DNA from: an uncultured Bacteroidota bacterium
Lineage (GTDB): Bacteria; Bacteroidota; Bacteroidia; UKL13-3
Reading direction: 5' to 3'
Assembly (NCBI GenBank): GCA_903927505.1
Contig: CAIYNF010000059.1
Span: forward strand, 1-55,038
DNA: 55,038 nucleotides
The notes under the pieces were generated by a model. That model saw nothing but the letters and a program-made list of their open reading frames with translations. It made no database searches and was not told the DNA's origin. Numbering within the stretch: position 1 is the stretch's first letter; each line of letters begins with the position of its first letter. A program made the position numbers and the translations under genes. Positions 27,754 through 36,345 of this stretch are shown here, one piece after another.

Positions 27754-29040
27754 TTATTGGCACTCCTTTCTTACCAATTCAATAAAGCGATCCACTTCTT
27801 GTGTATTGTTGTAAATATGGGTGGAAACACGCACAGAATTGAGCCCGTTTTCTTGCACCATTCTAATGCGCACTTTGGCATCGGCACATTTGCCATAGAA
27901 TTTGCTAAAATCAAAACCTTTAATTCTAAAGCCATTCACCGCGCAGCGTGAGCGTTCTTCTGTAGGGGTAATTAATTCTATTTTTTCTCCTAAGGAAAGC
28001 AATTGGTCTTGGGTATATTTCCCCAAATAACTTATTCTATTGTGTATGTTTTTAAGTCCAATGGTTTCAATAAAATCTATGGCGGCATCTACACCTTTAT
28101 AAAGGCCTAAATTTTGCGTGCCACCATAATACCTGTGGGCAGAATCTGCGTATGTTCCTGTTGCAATTGGCACACTGGCCATATTCCATTTGCCATTATC
28201 ACTTCCACCTCCAACAAAATAGGTTTGTAAAGTACTCTGAAAATCTTTGCGCACATAAAGGAATCCTGTGCCTTTTGGCCCAAGCATCCATTTGTGGCTG
28301 CAGCTGGCGTAGGCATCGCAGCCCATATCGTGGAGGTCTATTTCTAATTGACCAGGGCCATGGGCGCCATCAATAAAAGCAAAAATATTATTTGCTTTGG
28401 CCCAAGTGCAAATTTCTTTTACGGGTAAAATTTGTCCTTGTGTGCAAGGAATATGCGGCACGGCAATGGCCCGTGTTTTTTTTGTATAGAGTGCTTTTAT
28501 TCTATTGAGGGTTTCTTCTGCTGTAGCGGCAGGTGTAAAAACTTTTACCACAATGCCATGCAGCATTTGACGGTTGAGCCAAGGAAAGGCATTTCCAACA
28601 TGCTCGTGCGTGGTCATAATAACTTCATCGCCTTTTTTAAGAGGCAATCCCCAACAAACAATATTTATGCCATCGGTAACATTATGGGTGAGGGCAATTT
28701 CATTTTCATTGGCACCAACAAATTTGGCCAATTTAGCCGAGGTAGCTTCCCAGCCGCCATAGTTGCCAAATTGATCGCCATCCATCATGCCTTTTCTAAC
28801 GGCTTCAATAACGGGGTAGGGAGAGGGACCCATGGTGCCATTGTTGAGGTAGGCCCAGTCTTTGGTTAAAGGGAATTGTTGTCGAACCAATTGCCAATAG
28901 GTTTCATCTGTTGGCAATATTTCACCACTTATATTTGGCAAAGGGCTGGCTTGGATATTTTCCATTAAGTTAGGAATTGCCATAGCGCCCAGCAATGCCG
29001 CCGAACCCTGCTTGATAAAATTTCTTCTGTTTGCACTCAT
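27754..29040 (-). CDS. Class V aminotransferase-fold PLP enzyme with twin-arginine signal
   Basis: MSANRRNFIKQGSAALLGAMAIP is a Tat-type leader. PLP-lysine context ASCSHKWMLGPKGTG. ATG at 29040; the tracked ORF starts at an upstream TTG. Confidence 0.75.
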   Translation of the reverse strand: MSANRRNFIKQGSAALLGAMAIPNLMENIQASPLPNISGEILPTDETYWQLVRQQFPLTKDWAYLNNGTMGPSPYPVIEAVRKGMMDGDQFGNYGGWEATSAKLAKFVGANENEIALTHNVTDGINIVCWGLPLKKGDEVIMTTHEHVGNAFPWLNRQMLHGIVVKVFTPAATAEETLNRIKALYTKKTRAIAVPHIPCTQGQILPVKEICTWAKANNIFAFIDGAHGPGQLEIDLHDMGCDAYASCSHKWMLGPKGTGFLYVRKDFQSTLQTYFVGGGSDNGKWNMASVPIATGTYADSAHRYYGGTQNLGLYKGVDAAIDFIETIGLKNIHNRISYLGKYTQDQLLSLGEKIELITPTEERSRCAVNGFRIKGFDFSKFYGKCADAKVRIRMVQENGLNSVRVSTHIYNNTQEVDRFIELVRKECQ

Positions 29041-29122
29041 ATACCTGTTATTTAAATACAAGTTAAGGATTGTATGTTATACAAACAAAAATTTTCTAGA
29101 AGGCTTTTTAACCTTATCTTTT

Positions 29123-29422
29123 TTATTTTAATAAATAGTCGCTTGGATTTTGGTAAGCGTGAATAACGGCAAGTATTACAATTTGCTGTTTAGATTCCTC
29201 AACAAGGTAGTGAATATGATATGGAAATTGTTTTAACAGCAAGGTTCTAACGCCATTGTATTTAATTTGAAAACTGAGAGGAGAACTTGCTGTTTATGTT
29301 TTAGCCTCGCGCAGGCGGAACAAAAATTGTTTTGCTAGTTGCGGATTAATGTTTTTATAAAAATCAGTTGCATTAATAATATCAATTCTTACTTCAGGCC
29401 TATTTAGGATAGAAAATTTCAT
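29123..29422 (-). pseudogene. RelE/ParE-family toxin gene interrupted by an in-frame TAA
   Basis: Hand translation gives MKFSILNRPEVRIDIINATDFYKNINPQLAKQFLFRLREAKT*TASSPLSFQIKYNGVRTLLLKQFPYHIHYLVEESKQQIVILAVIHAYQNPSDYLLK*. The internal stop is at 29294-29296. The ATG overlaps the antitoxin stop (ATGA). Confidence 0.7.
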
Positions 29423-29661
29423 AGTGAATTTTCAATATCATCAATGGTTTTATCAAAATCAACAATTTCGGTAGTGTTTTTGTAATAGTCGCTCATGCGT
29501 TCATTAATAATATTTTTTTGCCATGTAGCAAGTTCACCTATGTTTTCTATTTCTTCAATTTGCAAATCGCTGTATTTGGTTTTAAGTGTTTGCCAATCCT
29601 CAATAGGAATAAAAACACCAGTAGTGTTACCCCTGATATCATGAATAAATTGAAGTGTCAT
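29419..29661 (-). CDS. Addiction-module antitoxin-like protein, 80 aa, intact
   Basis: ..ELATWQKNIINERMSDYYKNTTEIVDFDKTIDDIE.. resembles the addiction-module component family that pairs with ParE/RelE toxins. Confidence 0.6.
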   Translation of the reverse strand: MTLQFIHDIRGNTTGVFIPIEDWQTLKTKYSDLQIEEIENIGELATWQKNIINERMSDYYKNTTEIVDFDKTIDDIENSL

Positions 29662-29893
29662 GGTTTTAAATTAAATTTTTGGAAATTTGTTTTTTGCAGG
29701 ATTTTTTTGGAATTAAAGAATGAACTACTTTAAGACTTAATTTAATTCATTATACAATTATAAGTTCCTTAATCGATAAATTAAAATGGTAAAAAGTGAA
29801 TTACAAGATTTTTGTCGTAGGTATTTGGTTCATTTTTTAAGACCTTATTTCACTTAAAACCTATAAATTCGTTGGCGAAATTTTGCTTTGAAG

Positions 29894-30973
29894 ATGAAAG
29901 AAAAATACCAGGTAATTGGCTTAATGAGTGGAAGCTCTATGGATGGGGTAGATTTGGCCTGCTGTGTATTTAATTGGCAAGGCGCCAATTGGGCTTATGA
30001 AATCCGTTGTGCCGAAACAATTCCCTATAGCGATATGTGGTTGGCGCGTTTGCAAGATTTACCCCAACAAAGCATGGAAGTTTTACCTAAAACAAATGCT
30101 TTTTATGGGCGTTATTTGGGGCAATTAATCAATCAATTTATTGCAAAAAATAAACTTCATGTAGATTTGATTGCCTCGCATGGCCATACCATTTTTCACC
30201 AACCTGAATCCGGGTTTACCCTTCAAATTGGAGATGGTGCGGCCATTGCTGCAGAAACAAATTTGCCAGTGGTGAGTGATTTTAGAAATATGGACATTGC
30301 CCTTGGAGGGCAAGGCGCACCATTGGTGCCCATGGGAGATATGCTGCTTTTTTCTGAATACGAGGCCTGCCTAAATTTGGGGGGTATTTCTAATATTTCC
30401 TTTTCTAAATTAGACAAAACCCTGGCATTTGATATTTCTCCTTGCAACAGCATATTAAATACCATGGCCAATCAATTGGGTAGAACCTACGACGATGAAG
30501 GAAAGATGGCTGCAAGTGGCATCTGCCAAGAAGATTTATTGGATGCGCTCAATCAATTGCCTTATTACCAAAAAAAGGGTGCAAAATCATTGGGAAGGGA
30601 GTGGATCCAGGCAGAATTTTGGCCAGTGCTCAAAAATTTTTCTTCACTAAATGAAATAGATATTTTGGCAACTTTCTCGCAACATATTGCCATGCAAATT
30701 GCGGCATGCCTTAACCAATATACTATTAGCAGCGTTTTGGTAACGGGTGGAGGAGCCTTCAACACCTTTTTAATTCAACAAATTCAAGAAAAAACGAAAG
30801 TAAAATTAGTGATTCCAAAAACAGAATTGGTTCAATATAAAGAGGCGCTTATCTTTGCCTTCCTTGGTTTGCAAAGGTTAGGCAATGAAATAAATGTACT
30901 TGCTTCAGTTACAGGTGCTAAAAGAGATCATGTGTCGGGCGCACTTCATGGAAATTTTGCCTCCTTACTTTAA
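29894..30973 (+). CDS. anmK: Anhydro-N-acetylmuramic acid kinase
   Basis: N-terminal GLMSGSSMDGVD and GGGAFN motifs. ATG at 29894; the tracked ORF starts at TTG 29888. Confidence 0.88.
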   Translation: MKEKYQVIGLMSGSSMDGVDLACCVFNWQGANWAYEIRCAETIPYSDMWLARLQDLPQQSMEVLPKTNAFYGRYLGQLINQFIAKNKLHVDLIASHGHTIFHQPESGFTLQIGDGAAIAAETNLPVVSDFRNMDIALGGQGAPLVPMGDMLLFSEYEACLNLGGISNISFSKLDKTLAFDISPCNSILNTMANQLGRTYDDEGKMAASGICQEDLLDALNQLPYYQKKGAKSLGREWIQAEFWPVLKNFSSLNEIDILATFSQHIAMQIAACLNQYTISSVLVTGGGAFNTFLIQQIQEKTKVKLVIPKTELVQYKEALIFAFLGLQRLGNEINVLASVTGAKRDHVSGALHGNFASLL

Positions 30974-30990
30974 AAGAATAATAAGATTAT

Positions 30991-32227
30991 ATGCAATTAG
31001 AGAAATTAATTAAAAAATACGAAGACAAACAACCTGAAATTGTATTTGAATGGAAAGACACGGAAACAGAAGCGGAAGGTTGGATCGTAATAAATTCTTT
31101 GCGTGGTGGTGCTGCAGGTGGCGGTACACGTATGCGCAAAGGATTAAACAAGCATGAGGTTACTTCTTTGGCTAAAACCATGGAAATAAAATTTACAGTG
31201 GCTGGTCCTGCCATTGGTGGTGCAAAATCTGGTATTAATTTTGATCCGGCTGATCCTAGAAAAAAAGGTGTTTTGGAGCGCTGGTACAAAGCGGTATATC
31301 CAATTCTTAAAAACTATTATGGAACTGGTGGCGATTTAAACGTAGATGAAATACATGAGGTAATTCCAATTACTGAAAAGTTGGGTTTATTGCATCCGCA
31401 AGAGGGGGGTGGTGAATGGCCATTTTCAGGTGGATGAAAACCAAAAACACTTACGCATTGATAATCTAAGAATAGGTGTTTCTAAGGTATTAAATGATGA
31501 GCGTTTTACGCCAGAAGTAGCGCGCAATTATTTAGTGGCCGATATGATTACAGGTTTTGGCGTTGCCGAAGCGGTTCGTCATTATTACAGCATTTGGGGT
31601 GGAAATGTTAATTTTAAACGTGCCATTATTCAAGGCTGGGGTAATGTAGGTGCAGCAGCAGCGTATTACTTAAGTTTATATGGTGTAATTATTGTTGGAA
31701 TTATTGACCGCAATGGCGGTGTATTAAAGCCTACAGGCTTTACCAAGGAAGAAATAAAAGACATGTTTTTGAGCAAGCAAGGAAATACTTTGGTGCATCC
31801 AGACATGATGTCGTATGAAGAAATTAATGAGAAAATTTGGGAGGTAGGAGCAGAAATTTTTGTACCTGCTGCTGCTTCAAGATTGGTTACCCAAGACAAT
31901 ATTGATAAAATGCGCGCCAACGATTTAGAAGTAATTAGTTGTGGTGCCAATGTGCCGTTTGCAGATCAAGAAATTTTCTTAGGACCCATTGCAAATTATA
32001 CAGATGACCATGTAGCCATTATTCCAGATTATATTGCCAATTGTGGCATGGCACGTGTGTTTGCTTATTGCATGAGCAATGATGAAGTAGAATTAACAGA
32101 CGAAGCGATTTTTAAAGATACTTCAAAAACCATTTGGCAAGGACTAATGCGTTTGCATCAGTTTAATCCGAAGCACAAAGGTTTATTGAAAAAAGGCTTA
32201 GAAATGGCCTTGGTTAATTTGGTTTAA
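30991..32227 (+). pseudogene. Glu/Leu/Phe/Val dehydrogenase family gene split by a +1 frameshift in a G6 run
   Basis: ORFs 30991..31437 and 31409..32227 are the N- and C-terminal parts of one dehydrogenase (GGAAGGGTRM.., ..AIGGAKSGI.., Rossmann IQGWGNVGAAAA). Removing one G from 31404-31409 restores ..HPQEGVVNGHFQ.. and a protein of about 411 aa. Confidence 0.8.
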
Positions 32228-32247
32228 AATTAATAAATTTGGTAGAA

Positions 32248-33336
32248 ATGGACAGTTCAATTTTGTTAGAAACTTATTTGGGCAATCCACTTTTAAAGTG
32301 GCTGCTTTGCGGCGGTATTATTGCTTTAACGCTTATATTTAACCGAATGATAGCCATTTTGGCATCAAGGATTTCTTACAGGATTTTCAAAAATGTATCC
32401 AAAGCGCAATTTTACGATGAATTCAGCCGTTTGTTCAATAGGCCATTCATGAATTTGATTAATTTATTGGCCATTTATTCTGCCTTTTCTTTGCTCAATT
32501 TTCCTGCAGAATGGGAATTGGTAAACGCAGATGAATTGGGCTTACGTTGGTTTATTCATACTGTTTTTGTGGTAGCTTTTATTTGGTATATCACTGCCTT
32601 GTTTTTGCATGCTACTGTATTTTTAGAATATGTATACCACAATTTAGAAAATGCCACTATTAGCAAAGATTTGGCTACTTTTTTAAAGGAATTGGGTCGT
32701 GTATTAATTTACACTGCAGGCTTCTTTGCCATACTGGCCAAAGCCTTTGAGGTAAATATAACTGCCTTGGTAACCAGTTTGGGAATTGGAGGTTTGGCCA
32801 TTGCTTTGGCGGCGCAAGATACATTGGCCAACTTAATTGGTTCGTTCATTATCTATTTGGATAAGCCTTTTCAAGTAGGTGAAATTGTTGAATTAGGAGA
32901 CATCAAAGGCACTGTAGAAAAAATTGGTTTCCGCACTACACGTATTCGCACCGTGGATAGGTCGTTGTTAATTGTACCCAACAAAAAAATCATTGATTCT
33001 AACCTCAATAATATTAGCCAAAGTTCGCAACGTAGGGTGCGTTTTCATATTATGCTTACCTACCAAAGCGACCCTAAAAACATTTTAGGGATTATAGAGG
33101 ACGTAAAGCAGGCAGTATGGGCCGAGGCGCCAAGAACTGCCGAAGAATGTACGGTACGTTTTGCAGATTTTGATAGCAGTTCATTGAACCTCATTGTTAT
33201 TTATTATGTGAATTCCAATGAATGGGAAGACATGATAGCTGTGAAGGAAACGATTAACATAAAAATAATGGAAATTGTAGCTAAATATGCTTGTGAATTT
33301 GCCTATCCTTCTCAAACGGTGTTTTTATCTAAATAG
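32248..33336 (+). CDS. Small-conductance mechanosensitive channel (MscS family)
   Basis: TM helices, then ..LGIGGLAIALAAQDTLANLIGS..DKPFQVGEIVELGDIKGTVEKIGFRTTRIRT.. ATG at 32248. Confidence 0.8.
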   Translation: MDSSILLETYLGNPLLKWLLCGGIIALTLIFNRMIAILASRISYRIFKNVSKAQFYDEFSRLFNRPFMNLINLLAIYSAFSLLNFPAEWELVNADELGLRWFIHTVFVVAFIWYITALFLHATVFLEYVYHNLENATISKDLATFLKELGRVLIYTAGFFAILAKAFEVNITALVTSLGIGGLAIALAAQDTLANLIGSFIIYLDKPFQVGEIVELGDIKGTVEKIGFRTTRIRTVDRSLLIVPNKKIIDSNLNNISQSSQRRVRFHIMLTYQSDPKNILGIIEDVKQAVWAEAPRTAEECTVRFADFDSSSLNLIVIYYVNSNEWEDMIAVKETINIKIMEIVAKYACEFAYPSQTVFLSK

Positions 33337-33412
33337 CCTCAAATTTCAATTAAAATAACGCAATTGGCGTGTTTCAAATCAAACTTATTAATGTACTTTT
33401 GCTGTTCCTTTT

Positions 33413-35308
33413 ATGAGTGATCCAATAAAACATGAGTGCGGAATTGCAATGATCCGCCTTCTTAAGCCATTAAGTTTTTACGAAGAAAAATATGGCTCGG
33501 CATTATATGGTTTAAAGAAATTGTATCTCCTGATGGAGAAACAACACAACCGCGGCCAAGATGGTGCTGGGGTTGGGGTAATCAAATTTGATCCAGAACC
33601 AGGTGAATCTTTTATTTTTAGGCAACGTGCAAATGGCAGCAATGCCATTGCTGAAATATTTGATAGAATTAGCTCCAAGATAGACCGTTCTGGCAGCAAA
33701 GAAGAGATTACGAGCAGCGATTATTTAAAAAAACATGCTCCCTTTGTAGGTGAATTGTACTTAGGACATTTGCGCTATGGAACACATGGTGGCAATAGCA
33801 AAGACCTTTGTCATCCCTTTTTGCGTGAAAACAATTGGATGAGTCGTAACTTAATGTTGGCAGGTAATTTTAACCTTACCAATGTTGATGAGTTGTTTGA
33901 ATTACTAATTGAATTAGGACAGCACCCCCGCGAAAAAGCAGACACGGTTACCATGTTAGAAAAAATGGGCCATTTCTTGGATGAGGAAGTGCAAAGAAAT
34001 TTCACACGTTTTAAATTAGAAGGGCATTCCAACAGAGATATCAGCCATTTTATGTCGCACCATGTAAATGTAGAAACTATTTTAAAACGCTCTTTGCGTG
34101 ATGCAGATGGAGGCTATGTAATGGCGGGTATGTTAGGACATGGCGATGCGTTTGTGGTGCGCGATCCTAATGGTATTCGTCCTTGTTTCTATTACAAAAA
34201 TGATGAAGTAGTAATTGTAACAAGTGAAAAGCCAGCTATCATGACAGGCTTTAATATTGCTTACAATGATATCAAAGAGTTAGGTATTGGAAATGCCATG
34301 ATTATTAAAAAGAATGGCGATATAGAAGAGGTAAATATTCAAACACCAGGTGAGCGTAAATCTTGTTCATTTGAACGTATTTATTTCTCGCGTGGTAACG
34401 ACCGTGAAATTTATAAAGAGCGTAAAATGTTGGGTCATTTATTGGCGCCAAAAATTATGGAAGCGGTTGGTTATGATTTTAAAAACACTGTTTTTTCTTA
34501 TATTCCCAATACTGCTGCTGTGGCTTTCTATGGCATGATTGAAGGGGTAAATGAATTATTGGATACATGGAAGGTAGAGGAGATTGCTAATTTAGGGGCA
34601 CATCCAGATCGTGAAGATTTAAGAAGAATTATGGCTGTTCACCCGCGCAGGGAAAGAGTAGCTGTTAAGGATGCAAAATTAAGAACCTTTATCACAGATG
34701 ATGCGCACCGTGAGGATATGGTAGCACACGTGTATGATGTAACCTATGGTTTAATAAATAACAATGTTGATACATTGGTTGTAATTGACGATTCTATTGT
34801 ACGTGGTACAACTTTAAAAACCAGTATACTTAGGATATTGGATCGTTTGCATCCAAAGAAAATAATTATTGTTTCTTCTTCGCCGCAAATTCGTTACCCA
34901 GATTGTTATGGAATTGACATGAGCAGAATGAAAGATTTTGTGGCTTTTCAGGCCATGGTTTCTTTGCTTAAATCAAGTAACAAAGAGGCATTGCTCACAG
35001 AGGTTTACCAAAAATGTAAAGCACAAGAAAACTTGCCTAAAGAAGAAATGGTAAACTACGTAAAGGAATTATATGCGCAATTTTCTGCCGATCAAATTAG
35101 CAAGCGCATTGCAGAAATTGTTACCCCAGATGATATACATGCGGAGGTAGATGTGATTTACCAAAGCATTGAAAACTTACACCAATCTTGTCCTAACCAT
35201 TTAGGCGATTGGTATTTTACAGGAAATTACCCAACACCAGGAGGAAATAAAGTAGTGAATAAAGCGTTTATCAATTTCATGGAGGGCAATTCGGGTAGAG
35301 CCTATTAA
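33413..35308 (+). CDS. purF: Amidophosphoribosyltransferase (long form)
   Basis: Ntn-type N-terminus ..KHECGIAMI.. and PRPP-binding loop LVVIDDSIVRGTT; 631 aa. Confidence 0.88.
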   Translation: MSDPIKHECGIAMIRLLKPLSFYEEKYGSALYGLKKLYLLMEKQHNRGQDGAGVGVIKFDPEPGESFIFRQRANGSNAIAEIFDRISSKIDRSGSKEEITSSDYLKKHAPFVGELYLGHLRYGTHGGNSKDLCHPFLRENNWMSRNLMLAGNFNLTNVDELFELLIELGQHPREKADTVTMLEKMGHFLDEEVQRNFTRFKLEGHSNRDISHFMSHHVNVETILKRSLRDADGGYVMAGMLGHGDAFVVRDPNGIRPCFYYKNDEVVIVTSEKPAIMTGFNIAYNDIKELGIGNAMIIKKNGDIEEVNIQTPGERKSCSFERIYFSRGNDREIYKERKMLGHLLAPKIMEAVGYDFKNTVFSYIPNTAAVAFYGMIEGVNELLDTWKVEEIANLGAHPDREDLRRIMAVHPRRERVAVKDAKLRTFITDDAHREDMVAHVYDVTYGLINNNVDTLVVIDDSIVRGTTLKTSILRILDRLHPKKIIIVSSSPQIRYPDCYGIDMSRMKDFVAFQAMVSLLKSSNKEALLTEVYQKCKAQENLPKEEMVNYVKELYAQFSADQISKRIAEIVTPDDIHAEVDVIYQSIENLHQSCPNHLGDWYFTGNYPTPGGNKVVNKAFINFMEGNSGRAY

Positions 35309-35317
35309 ATTTATAAA

Positions 35318-36040
35318 ATGATTTTAAGAAGCGAAAATCTTGTGAAGCGTTATAAAAAGCGCACCGTGGTAAATAATGTATCTATAGAGGTACACCAAGG
35401 AGAATGTGTTGGTTTGCTTGGGCCAAATGGCGCAGGAAAAACTACTACCTTTTACATGACGGTTGGCCTTATTAAACCAGATGAAGGTGAGGTATATTTA
35501 AATGAGGAGAAAATAACCGATTTGCCTATGTATAAAAGGGCACAAAAAGGATTGGGTTATTTGGCACAAGAAGCTTCAATTTTTAGAACACTTAGCGTAG
35601 AAGACAATATCAAATCTGTATTGGAAATGACTTCCTTGAATAAGGCAGATCAAAATGAGCGTTTAGAAACGCTTATGGAAGAGTTTGGTTTGAACCGTGT
35701 GCGCAAGAGTATGGGAAATGTATTAAGCGGGGGAGAAAGGCGCAGAACGGAGATTGCAAGGGCTTTGGCCGTTAATCCTAAATTTATTTTATTGGATGAA
35801 CCATTTGCGGGTATTGATCCAATTGCGGTAGAAGATATTCAGCAAATTGTTGCCAAACTGAAACATAAAAATATTGGTATCCTAATTACAGACCACAATG
35901 TGCATGAAACATTGTCTATTGTAGACCGTGCTTATTTGTTGTTTGAAGGAAAGATTTTGAAAGGTGGTACCGCGCAAGAATTGGCCGATGATGAAATGGT
36001 AAGGAAAGTTTATTTGGGTCAAAACTTTGTGTTAAGGTAA
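35318..36040 (+). CDS. lptB: LPS export ABC transporter ATP-binding protein
   Basis: Walker [10 protein letters not shown], signature LSGGERRR and Walker B ILLDEP; 240 aa. Confidence 0.9.
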   Translation: MILRSENLVKRYKKRTVVNNVSIEVHQGECVGLLGPNGAGKTTTFYMTVGLIKPDEGEVYLNEEKITDLPMYKRAQKGLGYLAQEASIFRTLSVEDNIKSVLEMTSLNKADQNERLETLMEEFGLNRVRKSMGNVLSGGERRRTEIARALAVNPKFILLDEPFAGIDPIAVEDIQQIVAKLKHKNIGILITDHNVHETLSIVDRAYLLFEGKILKGGTAQELADDEMVRKVYLGQNFVLR

Positions 36041-36080
36041 TTTATTTTGTAGTTTAGCGTTTGAATTAATAATTATAGAT

Positions 36081-36287
36081 ATGAAGAAGTTGCTATTAAT
36101 TTTAGTTGCAGTTGCTATTTTTACAGCTTGTAACGAGGAGCAAAAGCTCAATCAAACAGAAGAAAATGCGGTTCAATCACAATTGAATTCAGACCAAAAG
36201 GCCATGGATTCATTGGAGGCTGCTATACAAGCCCAGATGGATGTTATTAACGCAGATAGTGCTGGCATGGACAGTTTAGCTGATTAG
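36081..36287 (+). CDS. Small hypothetical lipoprotein, 68 aa
   Basis: Lipobox MKKLLLILVAVAIFTAC, followed by an acidic low-complexity tail. Confidence 0.45.
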   Translation: MKKLLLILVAVAIFTACNEEQKLNQTEENAVQSQLNSDQKAMDSLEAAIQAQMDVINADSAGMDSLAD

Positions 36288-36307
36288 AATTAAAAATTTT
36301 TTTACAT

Positions 36308-36341
36308 AAAAAAAGCGCTTCAAATTTGAAGCGCTTTTTTT
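36308..36341. terminator. Bidirectional intrinsic terminator
   Basis: A-run, then the perfect 22-nt palindrome AGCGCTTCAAATTTGAAGCGCT, then a T-run. It sits between convergent genes 36081..36287 and 36346..39081. Confidence 0.7.
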
Positions 36342-36345
36342 GTTG

